Source of the DNA: an uncultured Acidimicrobiales bacterium
GTDB taxonomy: Bacteria; Actinomycetota; Acidimicrobiia; Acidimicrobiales; SHLQ01
Reading direction: 5' to 3'
Length of the DNA: 64,000 bases
Assembly (NCBI GenBank): GCA_938041035.1
Contig: CALHYX010000029.1
Span: 130,150-194,149, forward strand
The position numbers and the translations under genes were made by a program. A model generated the notes under the pieces. The model saw nothing but the letters and a program-made list of their open reading frames with translations. It was not told the DNA's origin and searched no databases. Shown here in pieces: positions 48,974 to 57,499 of this stretch; position 1 is the first letter of the stretch, and each line of letters opens with the position of its first letter.

Positions 48974-49020
48974 GTGTTGTCGACCCTGTTGTCGACCCTG
49001 TTCCGACCGTTGTTCCGACA
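48974..49020. repeat. four imperfect tandem 11-12-nt units (GTGTTGTCGACC CTGTTGTCGACC CTGTTCCGACC GTTGTTCCGACA)
   Basis: Read directly. The units lie 42-88 nt upstream of the carbonic anhydrase start and downstream of the RDD gene. Two units contain the GTCGAC palindrome. Confidence 0.8.
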
Positions 49021-49038
49021 GGGTAAACGAACGAACGC

Positions 49039-49785
49039 TCAGACCTTGACGACCGCCGAGTTCACCACCATGTCGTGCCAGGTGCGTTTCTCTCCGTCCC
49101 AGAGCATCCAGAGGTAGCCGAGGTACAGGACCTGTCCGGAGATAAAACCGGCGAACAGAAAGCGGCCCAGCGCCGCCCAGGTCGAGAGTAGCCCTCCGGT
49201 GCGCGAACTGATCACCTTGATGTTGGCCACCCGGCGCCCGATGGTCTGGCCCGACTTCGCCACCGGGCGGACGGCGATGAAGAAGACGATGACCAGATAG
49301 ATCAGACTCCACACCGCCAGGAGCCCCAACCACAGCAGCGCGGTTTCATCGGTCGGTTGTTCGCAGGTGTAGCTGGTGCCGTCGAGGTCGGTACAGATGC
49401 GATCTTCGAAGGTCGAGTTCATGACCGCGTAGATCACGAACGGGATACCGGCCAACACCGCCAACAGTCCAACGATCAGCCCGTCGATCAACCAGCCACC
49501 GAGACGGGCGCCGAACCCCGCGCGCTCGAGGTGGGCCGTCGGACCCGCCGCGTAGCCGAGCGGTGGATACGGACCTCCGGGCGGTGGTGGATAGCCCTGG
49601 TTGGGATAGCCCTGGTTGGGATAGCCCTGGTTGGGATAGCCCTGGGGTGGCGGCGGTGGATAGCCCTGGGGTGGGGGTGGTGGATAGCCCTGGGGTGGCG
49701 GCGCCGGATAGCTCTGGTGGGCGTAGCCGGGAGGCTCGTGGGATGGCTCGGTCGGTGGTTGCGCTCCCGCGGGCGTGTCGCTCAT
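49039..49785 (-). CDS. RDD-family membrane protein with Pro/Gln/Gly/Tyr-repeat N-terminus
   Basis: The start is ATG at 49785. The N-terminus contains 3x PPPPQGYP and 3x NQGYP. The RDD-type core is GFGARLGGWLIDGLIV ... GQTIGRRVANIKV ... TWHDMVVNSAVV. The 527-aa track ORF is over-extended. Confidence 0.85.
   Translation of the reverse strand: MSDTPAGAQPPTEPSHEPPGYAHQSYPAPPPQGYPPPPPQGYPPPPPQGYPNQGYPNQGYPNQGYPPPPGGPYPPLGYAAGPTAHLERAGFGARLGGWLIDGLIVGLLAVLAGIPFVIYAVMNSTFEDRICTDLDGTSYTCEQPTDETALLWLGLLAVWSLIYLVIVFFIAVRPVAKSGQTIGRRVANIKVISSRTGGLLSTWAALGRFLFAGFISGQVLYLGYLWMLWDGEKRTWHDMVVNSAVVKV
49589..49728. repeat. in-frame coding tandem repeats (3 x 15 nt, then 3-4 x 24 nt)
   Basis: ggatagccctggttg x3 lies at 49589-49633. 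ggatagccctggggtgg(c/g)gg(c/t)gg(t/c) x3 lies at 49634-49705, followed by a degenerate fourth unit. These encode the NQGYP and PPPPQGYP repeats. Confidence 0.9.
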
Positions 49786-49820
49786 GCTCCACGGTACGAC
49801 GCATCGGCGGCGCCGTCGCG

Positions 49821-50873
49821 CTATTGCTCCAGATGGGTGCGGGATCGATCGAAGTCGCTCACGCGGTTGAGTTCGGCCAGGTCGTCGGCCGGCAGGGTGC
49901 GATCGAGACCGTCGAGGGTGGCGGTGAGTTGGGCGACGGTGTTCGCTCCCACGATGGGCGCGGAGACGAACGGCCGGGACCGGTTCCACGCGATCGCCGC
50001 GTTTGCCGGGGTCATGTCGTTGCGCCCGGCGACGGCGACCAGGGTTTCGATGATGTCGTAGTTCTGCTCGCTGAACTTCGCCGAGTTCTCCTCGGCGCGT
50101 TCGCTGTCGGGCAGGTCCTGGCCCCGTCGGTACTTGCCGGTGAGCAGACCGCCTCCGAGCGGGCTGTAGGGGACGACGCCGATGCCGTAGGTGGTGCAGA
50201 CGGCGGCGAGCTCGTCCTCGAACCGTCCCCGCACGGGCGCGAGCAGGTTGTACTCGGGTTGGATGCTGATGATCGGCTCGAAGCCGCCGACATCGATGGC
50301 CCAGAGGGCCTGCATCAACCGCCAGGCGCTGAAGTTCGAGACACCGATGTAGCGGACGAGGCCCCGCCGCACGAGGTCGCTGAACGCCGCGAGCGTCTCC
50401 TCGATCGGCACGAGCGGGTCGAGAAAGTGGGCCTGGTACAGGTCGATGTGGTCGACCCCGAGTCGGCGCAGGCTGTCCTCGCACGCCTGGCGAATCCACC
50501 GCCGCGACAGCCCCTCGCGTTGGGTGAACGAGGCGCGGGTGTCGCAAAAGCCGACCCCCATCGCCGCGCGCACCTTGGTGGCGATGACCATGTCGTCGCG
50601 GTTTCCCCGAGCTGCCAACCAACGCCCGATGATCTCCTCGGATACGCCACCTGGGTTCTCGGGGCCGCCCATCTCATGGGACCACGCGGTGTAACAGTCG
50701 GCGGTGTCGATGAAGTTCCCGCCCGCCGCGGCGTAGGCGTCGAGCAGCTCGAACGAGCGTTCCTCATCCGCTGTCCAACCGAACTGCATGGTGCCGAGCC
50801 CGACGCGGTAGACGACGAGTCCGCTGTTTCCGAGCTGTACGTAGGGGTCGAGGGTGGTCGCTCCGAAGCTCAT
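49821..50873 (-). CDS. aldo/keto reductase
   Basis: The start is [32 protein letters not shown], preceded by GAAAGGAAG. The AKR blocks [14 protein letters not shown] and IGVSNF are present. Confidence 0.9.
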   Translation of the reverse strand: MSFGATTLDPYVQLGNSGLVVYRVGLGTMQFGWTADEERSFELLDAYAAAGGNFIDTADCYTAWSHEMGGPENPGGVSEEIIGRWLAARGNRDDMVIATKVRAAMGVGFCDTRASFTQREGLSRRWIRQACEDSLRRLGVDHIDLYQAHFLDPLVPIEETLAAFSDLVRRGLVRYIGVSNFSAWRLMQALWAIDVGGFEPIISIQPEYNLLAPVRGRFEDELAAVCTTYGIGVVPYSPLGGGLLTGKYRRGQDLPDSERAEENSAKFSEQNYDIIETLVAVAGRNDMTPANAAIAWNRSRPFVSAPIVGANTVAQLTATLDGLDRTLPADDLAELNRVSDFDRSRTHLEQ

Positions 50874-50944
50874 GGCTTCCTTTCGGGTCCCGGGTAGAAG
50901 GGGTGGGTGCACGTTAGGGAGATCGGGACTGGCATGAGTGAACA

Positions 50945-50964
50945 ACCTGGAGTGCACTCCAGGT
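50945..50964. promoter_or_regulatory. perfect 20-bp palindrome ACCTGGAGTGCACTCCAGGT (candidate operator or terminator)
   Basis: Read directly. It lies 72-91 nt upstream of the AKR start (50873) and 34-53 nt downstream of the nucleotidase stop (50998). A second short hairpin, ccgcga-aagttcc-tcgcgg, follows it. Confidence 0.5.
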
Positions 50965-50997
50965 CAAGGGATTCCGCGAAAGTTCCTCGCGGCCGGC

Positions 50998-52422
50998 TCA
51001 GGACCCGGCGTGGTCGTGGGGCAGCGAACCACGAGCGGCGCGGAGGTACGCGAACGGTGTCTCGTAGCGCAGGTTCGAGACGCGCGACGTGTAGACGTCG
51101 GCGTAGCGTTCGACCTGGCGGGCGAACAGGCTCTTGTCGTTACCGGCCCGCATGAGCGGGCCCCACACCGGGCTGCCGAGCGCGGAGGACGCTCGGGCCA
51201 GCGGGGCGATCTGGTCGTCGAGTTCTATCGCCCTATCGGTGATCTTGGTGAGCTGCTTGGCGATGGCCTTGCCCCCGCCGCGTTGGCGGGCGAGCCGGAG
51301 CCGGGCCTGGTCGCGGTCGGTCGCCACCTTTTCGGCCATCAGCGATTCGAGCTGGCGCTGCTCGGTGGCGAAACCGAGCGCATCGTGAATCTCGGCTTCG
51401 AGCTCCCGGGCGATGAGCGCGGTCCGCCAGCGCAGGACGTCTTTGGTCACGTGCACGTCGCCGAAGAGGTGGTCGCCAACATAGAGCGGTTGGCCACCGG
51501 AGATCCCGAGGCTCTCCTCGACGAGCCGGGCATTGCCACCGAAATAGACGTGACCCGCTTCGAGGGGGCCGACGTGGGGCAACATCAGCGACTGTTCCTC
51601 GTCGACGACCCGGTAGATGGGGTCGGTCTCAGAGAAGAAGCGCGGTTTGTTGGCCGACACGATGACGATGTCGAACAGGTCGCGCCAGGTGCCGTCGCCC
51701 GGTACGTGCGCATCGAAGCAGTAGCGCATCATCTGGCTGGTGTACTCCCAGCCCGAGTTGGTGATGAGAAGGAGTTGCTTTCCCGCCGATCGCTGGTCGA
51801 GCAGCGTCGGAACGATGTTCGGATCGACGTCGACGAACCGGTCGGGGTCGGCGACGATGTCGTTCTTCAGTTCGCCGGCCATGTGGGTCTCGCTGAGGGC
51901 ATCGTTGACCGCCCAGTAGAGGTCGGCGTAGCTCCGTACTCCGGAGAGCGGCCGGCTGTCGTGGCGAGCGACCAGCTGGGTGAATAGGCTCGCCCGCGAG
52001 AGCTCGAAGAGGGTGTTCATGAACTCGAATCGGGGTTCGGAGAGTTCGACCACCGTCTCGCGGTAGATATCGCGTTGGGCTTCGAAGGAGAGCATGTCGT
52101 TGCCGTGCCGGCTGCGCACGACGTAGCCGAATCGAGTCGCTTTCAACAGGTTGCCGAGTGCGAGGTCGAAGACGAGGCCGATGGTGAACTGTTCGGGGTC
52201 GAAGGTGAAGTCTTCGATGGCCCACCCCCGGGCCACAAGCCGATCGCGGGCGTTGCGAAACGCAGCGCCCTCCCACTCCTCGACCTTGTAGTGGATGAGG
52301 GTGTAGTCCATGTCGTACCCGACGGCCTGAACAGCGCGCATGTTCAGGGTGCGGTTGGCGAACACGCCTCGCTCGGGCGGGGCGGGCTCGATCACCGAAG
52401 GGTCGGTGGAGGCGTCGGTCAT
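50998..52422 (-). CDS. HAD-superfamily 5'-nucleotidase (cytosolic purine 5'-nucleotidase cN-II-like)
   Basis: The start is ATG at 52422. FANRTLNMRAVQAVGYDMDYTLIHY is HAD motif I, DxDxT. The length and the blocks LLITNSGWEYT and YVGDHLFGD fit the 5_nucleotid family. The track ORF is over-extended. Confidence 0.85.
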   Translation of the reverse strand: MTDASTDPSVIEPAPPERGVFANRTLNMRAVQAVGYDMDYTLIHYKVEEWEGAAFRNARDRLVARGWAIEDFTFDPEQFTIGLVFDLALGNLLKATRFGYVVRSRHGNDMLSFEAQRDIYRETVVELSEPRFEFMNTLFELSRASLFTQLVARHDSRPLSGVRSYADLYWAVNDALSETHMAGELKNDIVADPDRFVDVDPNIVPTLLDQRSAGKQLLLITNSGWEYTSQMMRYCFDAHVPGDGTWRDLFDIVIVSANKPRFFSETDPIYRVVDEEQSLMLPHVGPLEAGHVYFGGNARLVEESLGISGGQPLYVGDHLFGDVHVTKDVLRWRTALIARELEAEIHDALGFATEQRQLESLMAEKVATDRDQARLRLARQRGGGKAIAKQLTKITDRAIELDDQIAPLARASSALGSPVWGPLMRAGNDKSLFARQVERYADVYTSRVSNLRYETPFAYLRAARGSLPHDHAGS

Positions 52423-52468
52423 GCCCCCAGCATCGCAGCTCGGCGGCGAAACCGTGGCGGGCTTGAGG

Positions 52469-53302
52469 TCAGGGGGTGAAACGCTCGCGGATGGCCGGGT
52501 TGGTGACCTGCATGGGCAGATCGTTCTCGTCGAGCCCGGCGCCGCGCAGGCCGGCTCCACCGTCGACCGCCAGGGTTTGACCGGTGATGTAACCGGCGAG
52601 GTCGGAGAGGAGAAATGCGGTGGCGTCGGCGATGTCCTGGGGCGTGCCTCGCCGGCCGACGGGGATGAACCGGGCCGCGTCGTCGACCAGTTCGGTGCGA
52701 CCGGCCCTCGGGGTGTTGATCGTGCCCGGAGCGACATTGTTGACCCGAATCCCGTGGCGGCCCCATTCGGCCGCCATGGTGCGGGCGAGGGCGTCGAGCC
52801 CGGCTTTGGCGGCACCGTAGGCGGCGAGCAGCGGGGCGCTTCGGCTGGCGATCGAGGAGATGTTCACCATCGACCCGGGACGGTCCGCGGCGACGAGGCC
52901 CCGGGCGACCTGGGCACCCGCGACCAGGGCGTATCGGAGGTTGGTGTCGATCAGATGGTCGAAGGACTCCATCGAGTAGTCGAGCAGCCGGTGCCAATGC
53001 GGCGGCGTGCACCCGCCGACGACATTGACCAGCCCGTCGATGAGGGCGAAGGACTCGCCGGCCTCGGCGAGCGCGGCTTCGAGGGTGGCGGGTTCGCGCA
53101 CATCGACCACCGCGCCGCCGGCGCGGCGACCGAGCTGTTCGACGCGGGCGACGGTGTCGTCGACATCGGCGGCGACGACGCTGATGGCGAAAATGTCGGC
53201 GCCCGCGAGCGCGAGGCGGTCGCACACCGTCGTGCCGATGCCCCCTCCCCCGCCGCCGACGACCGCGACCGTTCGCCCGGTGAGATCGAGTTCGATGGGC
53301 AT
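52469..53302 (-). CDS. SDR-family oxidoreductase (FabG-like)
   Basis: The cofactor motif is VVGGGGGGIGTTV, the catalytic motif is YGAAKAG, the PG motif is VNNVAPGTINTP, and the C-terminal block is ITGQTLAVDGG. Confidence 0.88.
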   Translation of the reverse strand: MPIELDLTGRTVAVVGGGGGGIGTTVCDRLALAGADIFAISVVAADVDDTVARVEQLGRRAGGAVVDVREPATLEAALAEAGESFALIDGLVNVVGGCTPPHWHRLLDYSMESFDHLIDTNLRYALVAGAQVARGLVAADRPGSMVNISSIASRSAPLLAAYGAAKAGLDALARTMAAEWGRHGIRVNNVAPGTINTPRAGRTELVDDAARFIPVGRRGTPQDIADATAFLLSDLAGYITGQTLAVDGGAGLRGAGLDENDLPMQVTNPAIRERFTP

Positions 53303-53320
53303 CGGGTCTCCTCGCCGGAA

Positions 53321-54679
53321 CTACTCGACGGTGATCACACCGGTCATACCCGGGTGAAGCACGCAGAACAGTTCATACTCGCCCGCGGTGTCGAAGGAGG
53401 TCTCGAAGCTCTGCCCGGTGCCGAAGACACCCGAGTCGAACTCGCCGGACGGGGCACCGGGGTTACCGCCCGTGACGGTGTGCGGAACGCCGTCGGAGTT
53501 GGTGAAGACCACCGAATCACCGACGTTCACGGTGATGTTGCCGAAGGCGAAGTTGTTGATCGACGAAACGGCGGCTCCCTCGACGGGCTGCGTCCGCAGT
53601 CCGGTGAGGCTGTCGACATCGGAAACGGGCCAGATCGAAGGGTTGAACATGGCGAACACGCCGCCCTGGGCATCGAACCCGGGGTCGACGTAGGCGTGCA
53701 TCATCCAGACCGGGATCACGTCGAGGAAGAACCCGCCGCTCTCCTCGCAGCGGGTCCGGGATCCAACGGCCACGTTGTCGTCGCCTTCGGGGGAGGGTTC
53801 GCCCCCCTCTTCAGGGCTTCCGGCACAGGTGTTGAAGTGGATGTGCCAGTTGTCGATCGGCCCGGAGAAGGCCGAGGGGTGTTCCTCGGTCATCGGCAAG
53901 GTGAAGACGGCGCCGACCGATTCGTAGCCGGGGTCGCCGGTCCACTCGCCGTCGACACAGTCGCCCTGCTCGGCCTGGGTCAACCGCTCACCGCCCTCGC
54001 GGGCGTACAGAATCATCGAGGGTCGGGCCGGGTCGAATTCAGCCCCCGTGCCGTTCGGGTTCTGGGCGTGAATTCCCATGTTCGGGTTCTGCGAACTCGA
54101 GATGGTGAAGCCCGCGGCACAGGCCTCCTCGATCGTGTTGTGTTCGTCGACCGCCGCCTCGGTGATCGCGAGTTCGCCGACCAGGTCACCCAGCTCATCC
54201 CGGGTCATGCCAAGGTACTCGGGCGGTTCGTCGCCGCTGTCGTGCAGTGCCTTCAGCTCGAGATACGAGCAGTCCTGGTCGGCCTGCTGGCAGCGGACCT
54301 GGTAGCCGCGGGGTCCCTCGACCAGCGTCGGCACGATCTCACCATCGGCCTGCTGGAAGACATACCGGGAGAAGCCGTAGGAACCGGCGGGCGATGTCGG
54401 CGACTCGGGCGGTAGGGAGCGGTCGTCGGGGGCGTCGATGAACCCGGCGGCGGCGTCGAAGTACTCATCGACGGGCAGCGCCACGGGCGCGGTGGTCTCG
54501 GGGGCGGGAACGTCGGTGACGGTGACCGGCGGGGCGGTTTCGACCGCGGCGGCGACGGTGGCCTGAGCGGACTCCGCCGATTCCTCGCCGGCGGTCCGGT
54601 CTGCGGCCGTTGAACCGCAGGCGGCGGCCAGCAGCGCCAGGGTGAGCAGCGGCAACGCCGCCCGCGTGTGTCGTTGCAT
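53321..54679 (-). CDS. lipoprotein with unknown N-terminal region and C-terminal type-1 copper (cupredoxin/plastocyanin-like) domain
   Basis: The ATG at 54679 is preceded by GAGGGGGA. The lipobox is LALLAAACGS. The C-terminus reads VGDSVVFTNSDGVPHTVTG ... YELFCVLHPGMTGVITVE, giving His...Cys-x2-His-x2-Met copper ligands. Confidence 0.8.
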   Translation of the reverse strand: MQRHTRAALPLLTLALLAAACGSTAADRTAGEESAESAQATVAAAVETAPPVTVTDVPAPETTAPVALPVDEYFDAAAGFIDAPDDRSLPPESPTSPAGSYGFSRYVFQQADGEIVPTLVEGPRGYQVRCQQADQDCSYLELKALHDSGDEPPEYLGMTRDELGDLVGELAITEAAVDEHNTIEEACAAGFTISSSQNPNMGIHAQNPNGTGAEFDPARPSMILYAREGGERLTQAEQGDCVDGEWTGDPGYESVGAVFTLPMTEEHPSAFSGPIDNWHIHFNTCAGSPEEGGEPSPEGDDNVAVGSRTRCEESGGFFLDVIPVWMMHAYVDPGFDAQGGVFAMFNPSIWPVSDVDSLTGLRTQPVEGAAVSSINNFAFGNITVNVGDSVVFTNSDGVPHTVTGGNPGAPSGEFDSGVFGTGQSFETSFDTAGEYELFCVLHPGMTGVITVE

Positions 54680-54876
54680 GGAATCCCCCTCGTCCACCCA
54701 CATCGGCGAACCCTTCGACGGTAGTGGAAGCCAACAGCCTCACACCAGAAACCGACCACACCAGAACGACCGCACCGGAACGGCCACGAGAAAGAGGGCC
54801 GGGTACATGACATAGTCGGAACCGTTCGTGTGTCGATACACATGTGATCCCGGTTCGACCAGCGCGGAGAACGAGC

Positions 54877-55338
54877 GTGAAGGCTGACGATGACCGCCAG
54901 GTCTTCGCGGAGCTGTACCCCCACCTGCGCGCCTTTGCCGCGGTGGTCGCCCCGATCGAGGATGATCCGGACGATCTCGTGCAGGAGGCGCTGACGCGCA
55001 CGCTGGCGGCGGGTCCGCTGGTGCGGCTCGACAATCCCCGGGCGTATCTCTGCCGGGCGATCGCCAACCTGGCGTCGAATCGGCGGCGCCGTCTGGGCAC
55101 GTGGCGGCGCGTTCGCCGGCGCCTGCCGACCGGCGACGCCGTCGAGCCGCACTACCCATCGGACCTCGCCGATCTCGACCACCTCGAACCGCTCGACCGG
55201 GCCGTGTTGTACCTGGCCGACGTCGAGGGCGAGACGGCGGGCGCGATCGGCGCTCTGCTCGGGTTGACCGAGAACGCGGTGCGGCTGCGCGCGTCGCGGG
55301 CGCGGCGGAACCTGCGCGGGCGAATGGAGGAGCGATGA
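54877..55338 (+). CDS. ECF-type RNA polymerase sigma factor
   Basis: The region 2 block is DDLVQEALTRTL...NPRAYLCRAIANL. The region 4 HTH is LEPLDRAVLYLADVEGETAGAIGALLGLTENAVRLRASRARRNLR. The GTG at 54877 is preceded by GGAGA; the ORF is open from 54844. Confidence 0.85.
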   Translation: MKADDDRQVFAELYPHLRAFAAVVAPIEDDPDDLVQEALTRTLAAGPLVRLDNPRAYLCRAIANLASNRRRRLGTWRRVRRRLPTGDAVEPHYPSDLADLDHLEPLDRAVLYLADVEGETAGAIGALLGLTENAVRLRASRARRNLRGRMEER

Positions 55339-56333
55339 CCAACCCCGATCCCGCTGAGGCGCTCCGTCGGCGCAGTCGCCGCGGCACCGCGCGCGGCGCC
55401 GATCGGGTTTTTGCCGACGCGACGGCGTCGGGTGCGACCACCGCGACCGACCCGGGGCGTCCCGGGCTGACCGAGCGGTCGAGGTTGTGGGTGGCGGCCG
55501 CCGCCATCGTTTTGCTGGCCGGAGCCGGAGTGGTCGCCGCGGTGCGTTCGACCGATGAGCCTGCTCCGGCGGCCGGGTGGTCCGACGATCTGCGTTCCGA
55601 CGAGCCGGTCGACGGGCTGGGCGCGCCGTACCGGACATCGACGCTCGGTCCCGGGGTCAGCTATCGGCGCAGCCCGGCCGGCTGGACGGCCACGGTCGCC
55701 GGCCCCGGGAGCTCCGGGACGCTCGGTGGTGCGGCGTTCTCGCCCCGATCGGCCACCGCGTTCGTCGACGGTCGCCTGGTGATCGAGGCCGAGTTGGCGG
55801 TCGGGCTCGACGGGATCGGCGGCTCCGATGGCGAGTCGGGCTGGTACGAAATCGTCGTCACGACTGCCTCGGAGCTCACCGATTTTCGGCGCGGCGGGTT
55901 GTACGCCCACGAGGCCACATCAGGCCACTGGTCGATCGGTTGCCGGTTCGCGCCGAGCGGCACCACCACCTGCCAACTGCTCGATGCATCCGAGGCCGGG
56001 GTATTCGACGGCGCCCGGGTCTGGCAGGCGTCGTTCTTCGAGGAGGCGGGCGACACGACGTTCGGTGGCTTTGAGAATGCCGACGCCGGTCTGACCATCA
56101 GTCGATGCGCCGCCGACGAGGTCTGTCTCGACCGGTGGCGGCTGACGTTGAGCGAGACCGGGCTCCGGATCGATCTCAACGGGGCGCGGTACTTCGAGCA
56201 GACGGGCCTGCCGCAACTACCCGCCGGGTTGACCGAGGGTGAGGTATTCGTGCACATCGCGACCATGACCAACCGCCATCCGGACGCCGAGCAGCGGTTC
56301 GCAGGCGGCTCGCTCGAGATCCAACCGGGCTGA
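55335..56333 (+). CDS. single-pass membrane protein in anti-sigma position with unrecognised 4-Cys extracytoplasmic domain
   Basis: The ATG overlaps the sigma stop (ATGA at 55335-55338). There is a ~48-aa basic cytoplasmic N-terminus, a TM helix (LWVAAAAIVLLAGAGVVAAV), and a ~260-aa C-terminal domain paralogous to 57681..58670. No HxxxCxxC ZAS motif is present. Confidence 0.65.
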   Translation: MTNPDPAEALRRRSRRGTARGADRVFADATASGATTATDPGRPGLTERSRLWVAAAAIVLLAGAGVVAAVRSTDEPAPAAGWSDDLRSDEPVDGLGAPYRTSTLGPGVSYRRSPAGWTATVAGPGSSGTLGGAAFSPRSATAFVDGRLVIEAELAVGLDGIGGSDGESGWYEIVVTTASELTDFRRGGLYAHEATSGHWSIGCRFAPSGTTTCQLLDASEAGVFDGARVWQASFFEEAGDTTFGGFENADAGLTISRCAADEVCLDRWRLTLSETGLRIDLNGARYFEQTGLPQLPAGLTEGEVFVHIATMTNRHPDAEQRFAGGSLEIQPG

Positions 56334-56347
56334 CGCCGGCCGACCCG

Positions 56348-56767
56348 TCAGCCCGCCCAGTTGGTGATGCGCCAGGCGTAGGCGTGACGCATCAGGATCC
56401 GGATGGCGACGGCGCCGACGATGACGGCGGCGACGATCTCCCCGGACGCGGCGAGGATCGACCAGCCATCGGTCGTGCTGTCGACCAGCAGCGGGTCGCT
56501 CAGGGCTCCCCAGTCGGGCGCCAGGTGGGTGGCGGTCACCCCGATCGCGATCGCCGGGAACACGACCGCGGCGAAGGCGGGCGCGGTTGGGTGGCGCACG
56601 AAGATGAGGGTGAGGGCCACCGCGGCGAGCAGCGCCACCGAGGTACCGGCCCACACGACGGCGTCGGTGGTGGCCGCGACACCACGCCGCATGTGGTCGG
56701 CGGTGTGGACGAGCCAGCTGAGCAGAAAGAGGGCGGCGGCGCCCGGAAGGGTGGTGAGTCGATCCAT
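56348..56767 (-). CDS. small membrane protein (4 TM), divergent from tetR
   Basis: 139 aa with four hydrophobic helices. His residues occur in LVHTADHMRRG and GVTATHLAP. GC3 is high. Confidence 0.6.
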   Translation of the reverse strand: MDRLTTLPGAAALFLLSWLVHTADHMRRGVAATTDAVVWAGTSVALLAAVALTLIFVRHPTAPAFAAVVFPAIAIGVTATHLAPDWGALSDPLLVDSTTDGWSILAASGEIVAAVIVGAVAIRILMRHAYAWRITNWAG

Positions 56768-56839
56768 CGAGTGCTCCGTTTCCGGTTCTTTGGCGGAGAT
56801 GATCCTGCCGTTTGGCTTTCGCCGGTGAAGCGGTATCTC

Positions 56840-56878
56840 CTAGAACGATCATTCTAGGCGAATGAACGTTCTAGAATG
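56840..56878. promoter_or_regulatory. candidate TetR operator(s): clustered CTAGAA/TTCTAG half-sites
   Basis: ctagaacgatcattctag (56840-56857) is symmetric at 16 of 18 positions. attctag (56851-57) pairs with ctagaat (56871-77). gaacgttc and ttctagaa are perfect 8-mers at 56864-56876. The AT-rich patch overlaps the tetR start codon. Confidence 0.55.
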
Positions 56879-57454
56879 CAAACCATGTCCGAAACTCGGA
56901 AGCGCATCGTCACCGCTACCGGTGAGTTGTTTCGCAGCCAGGGGTTCAACGGCACCTCGTTGAAACAGGTCACCGAGCACGCCGACGCGCCGACCGGTTC
57001 GATCTACCACTTCTTCCCCGGCGGCAAGGAGGAACTCGGTGCCGCCGTACTGCGGGAGTCGGGCGCGGCGTATCAGCAGCTGTTCGAATTGATAGCCGAC
57101 GAGGCGGGCGACATCGTCGACGCGATGCCGGCGTTCTTCAACGGGGCGGCCGACGCCCTCGAAGAAACCGACTTCATCGATATCTGCCCGATCGGCAACA
57201 TCGCCCGGGAGGTGGCCAGCACGCACGAACCGCTGCGCGAGGCCAGCGTCTCGGTGTTCGCCGGTTGGACCGAGGCCATACAAACCCGGCTGGCCGCGGC
57301 GGGCCTCGATGCCGCCGAGGCCGAGGCGCTGGCCAACACCATCATCGCCGCCATCGAAGGCGGGTTCATGCTCGCCCGCGCCCGCCGTTCAACCACCGAC
57401 TTGCGCGCCACCGGCACCCACATGCAGCAGCTGGTAGCGGCCGCGCTGGCATGA
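56876..57454 (+). CDS. TetR/AcrR-family transcriptional regulator
   Basis: The N-terminal HTH is RKRIVTATGELFRSQGFNGTSLKQVTEHADAPTGSIYHFFPGGKEEL. The start is ATG at 56876 or 56885. Confidence 0.9.
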   Translation: MQTMSETRKRIVTATGELFRSQGFNGTSLKQVTEHADAPTGSIYHFFPGGKEELGAAVLRESGAAYQQLFELIADEAGDIVDAMPAFFNGAADALEETDFIDICPIGNIAREVASTHEPLREASVSVFAGWTEAIQTRLAAAGLDAAEAEALANTIIAAIEGGFMLARARRSTTDLRATGTHMQQLVAAALA

Positions 57455-57499
57455 CCGAGCCGACCACATCGGCATGACCGAGCCGGTCCTCGCTCGCAT

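Noticed and set aside
48974-49728. Tandem repeats considered as a CRISPR array.
   Set aside because: The units are 11-24 nt and contiguous, with no spacers. One set is in-frame coding sequence. No cas genes are present.
54818-54840. GGAAC motif upstream of the ECF sigma gene, considered as an autoregulated ECF promoter (-35 GGAAC / -10 CGT).
   Set aside because: The nearest CGA/CGT-type -10 candidate is only about 11 nt downstream, against the expected 16-17 nt. A second GGAAC at 54777 has no CGT element at the right distance.
57448-57485. 15-nt direct repeat GGCATGACCGAGCCG x2, considered as a target-site duplication of a mobile element.
   Set aside because: The two copies are only 8 nt apart and do not flank the palindromic element. 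It is more likely a small local duplication at the tetR 3' end.
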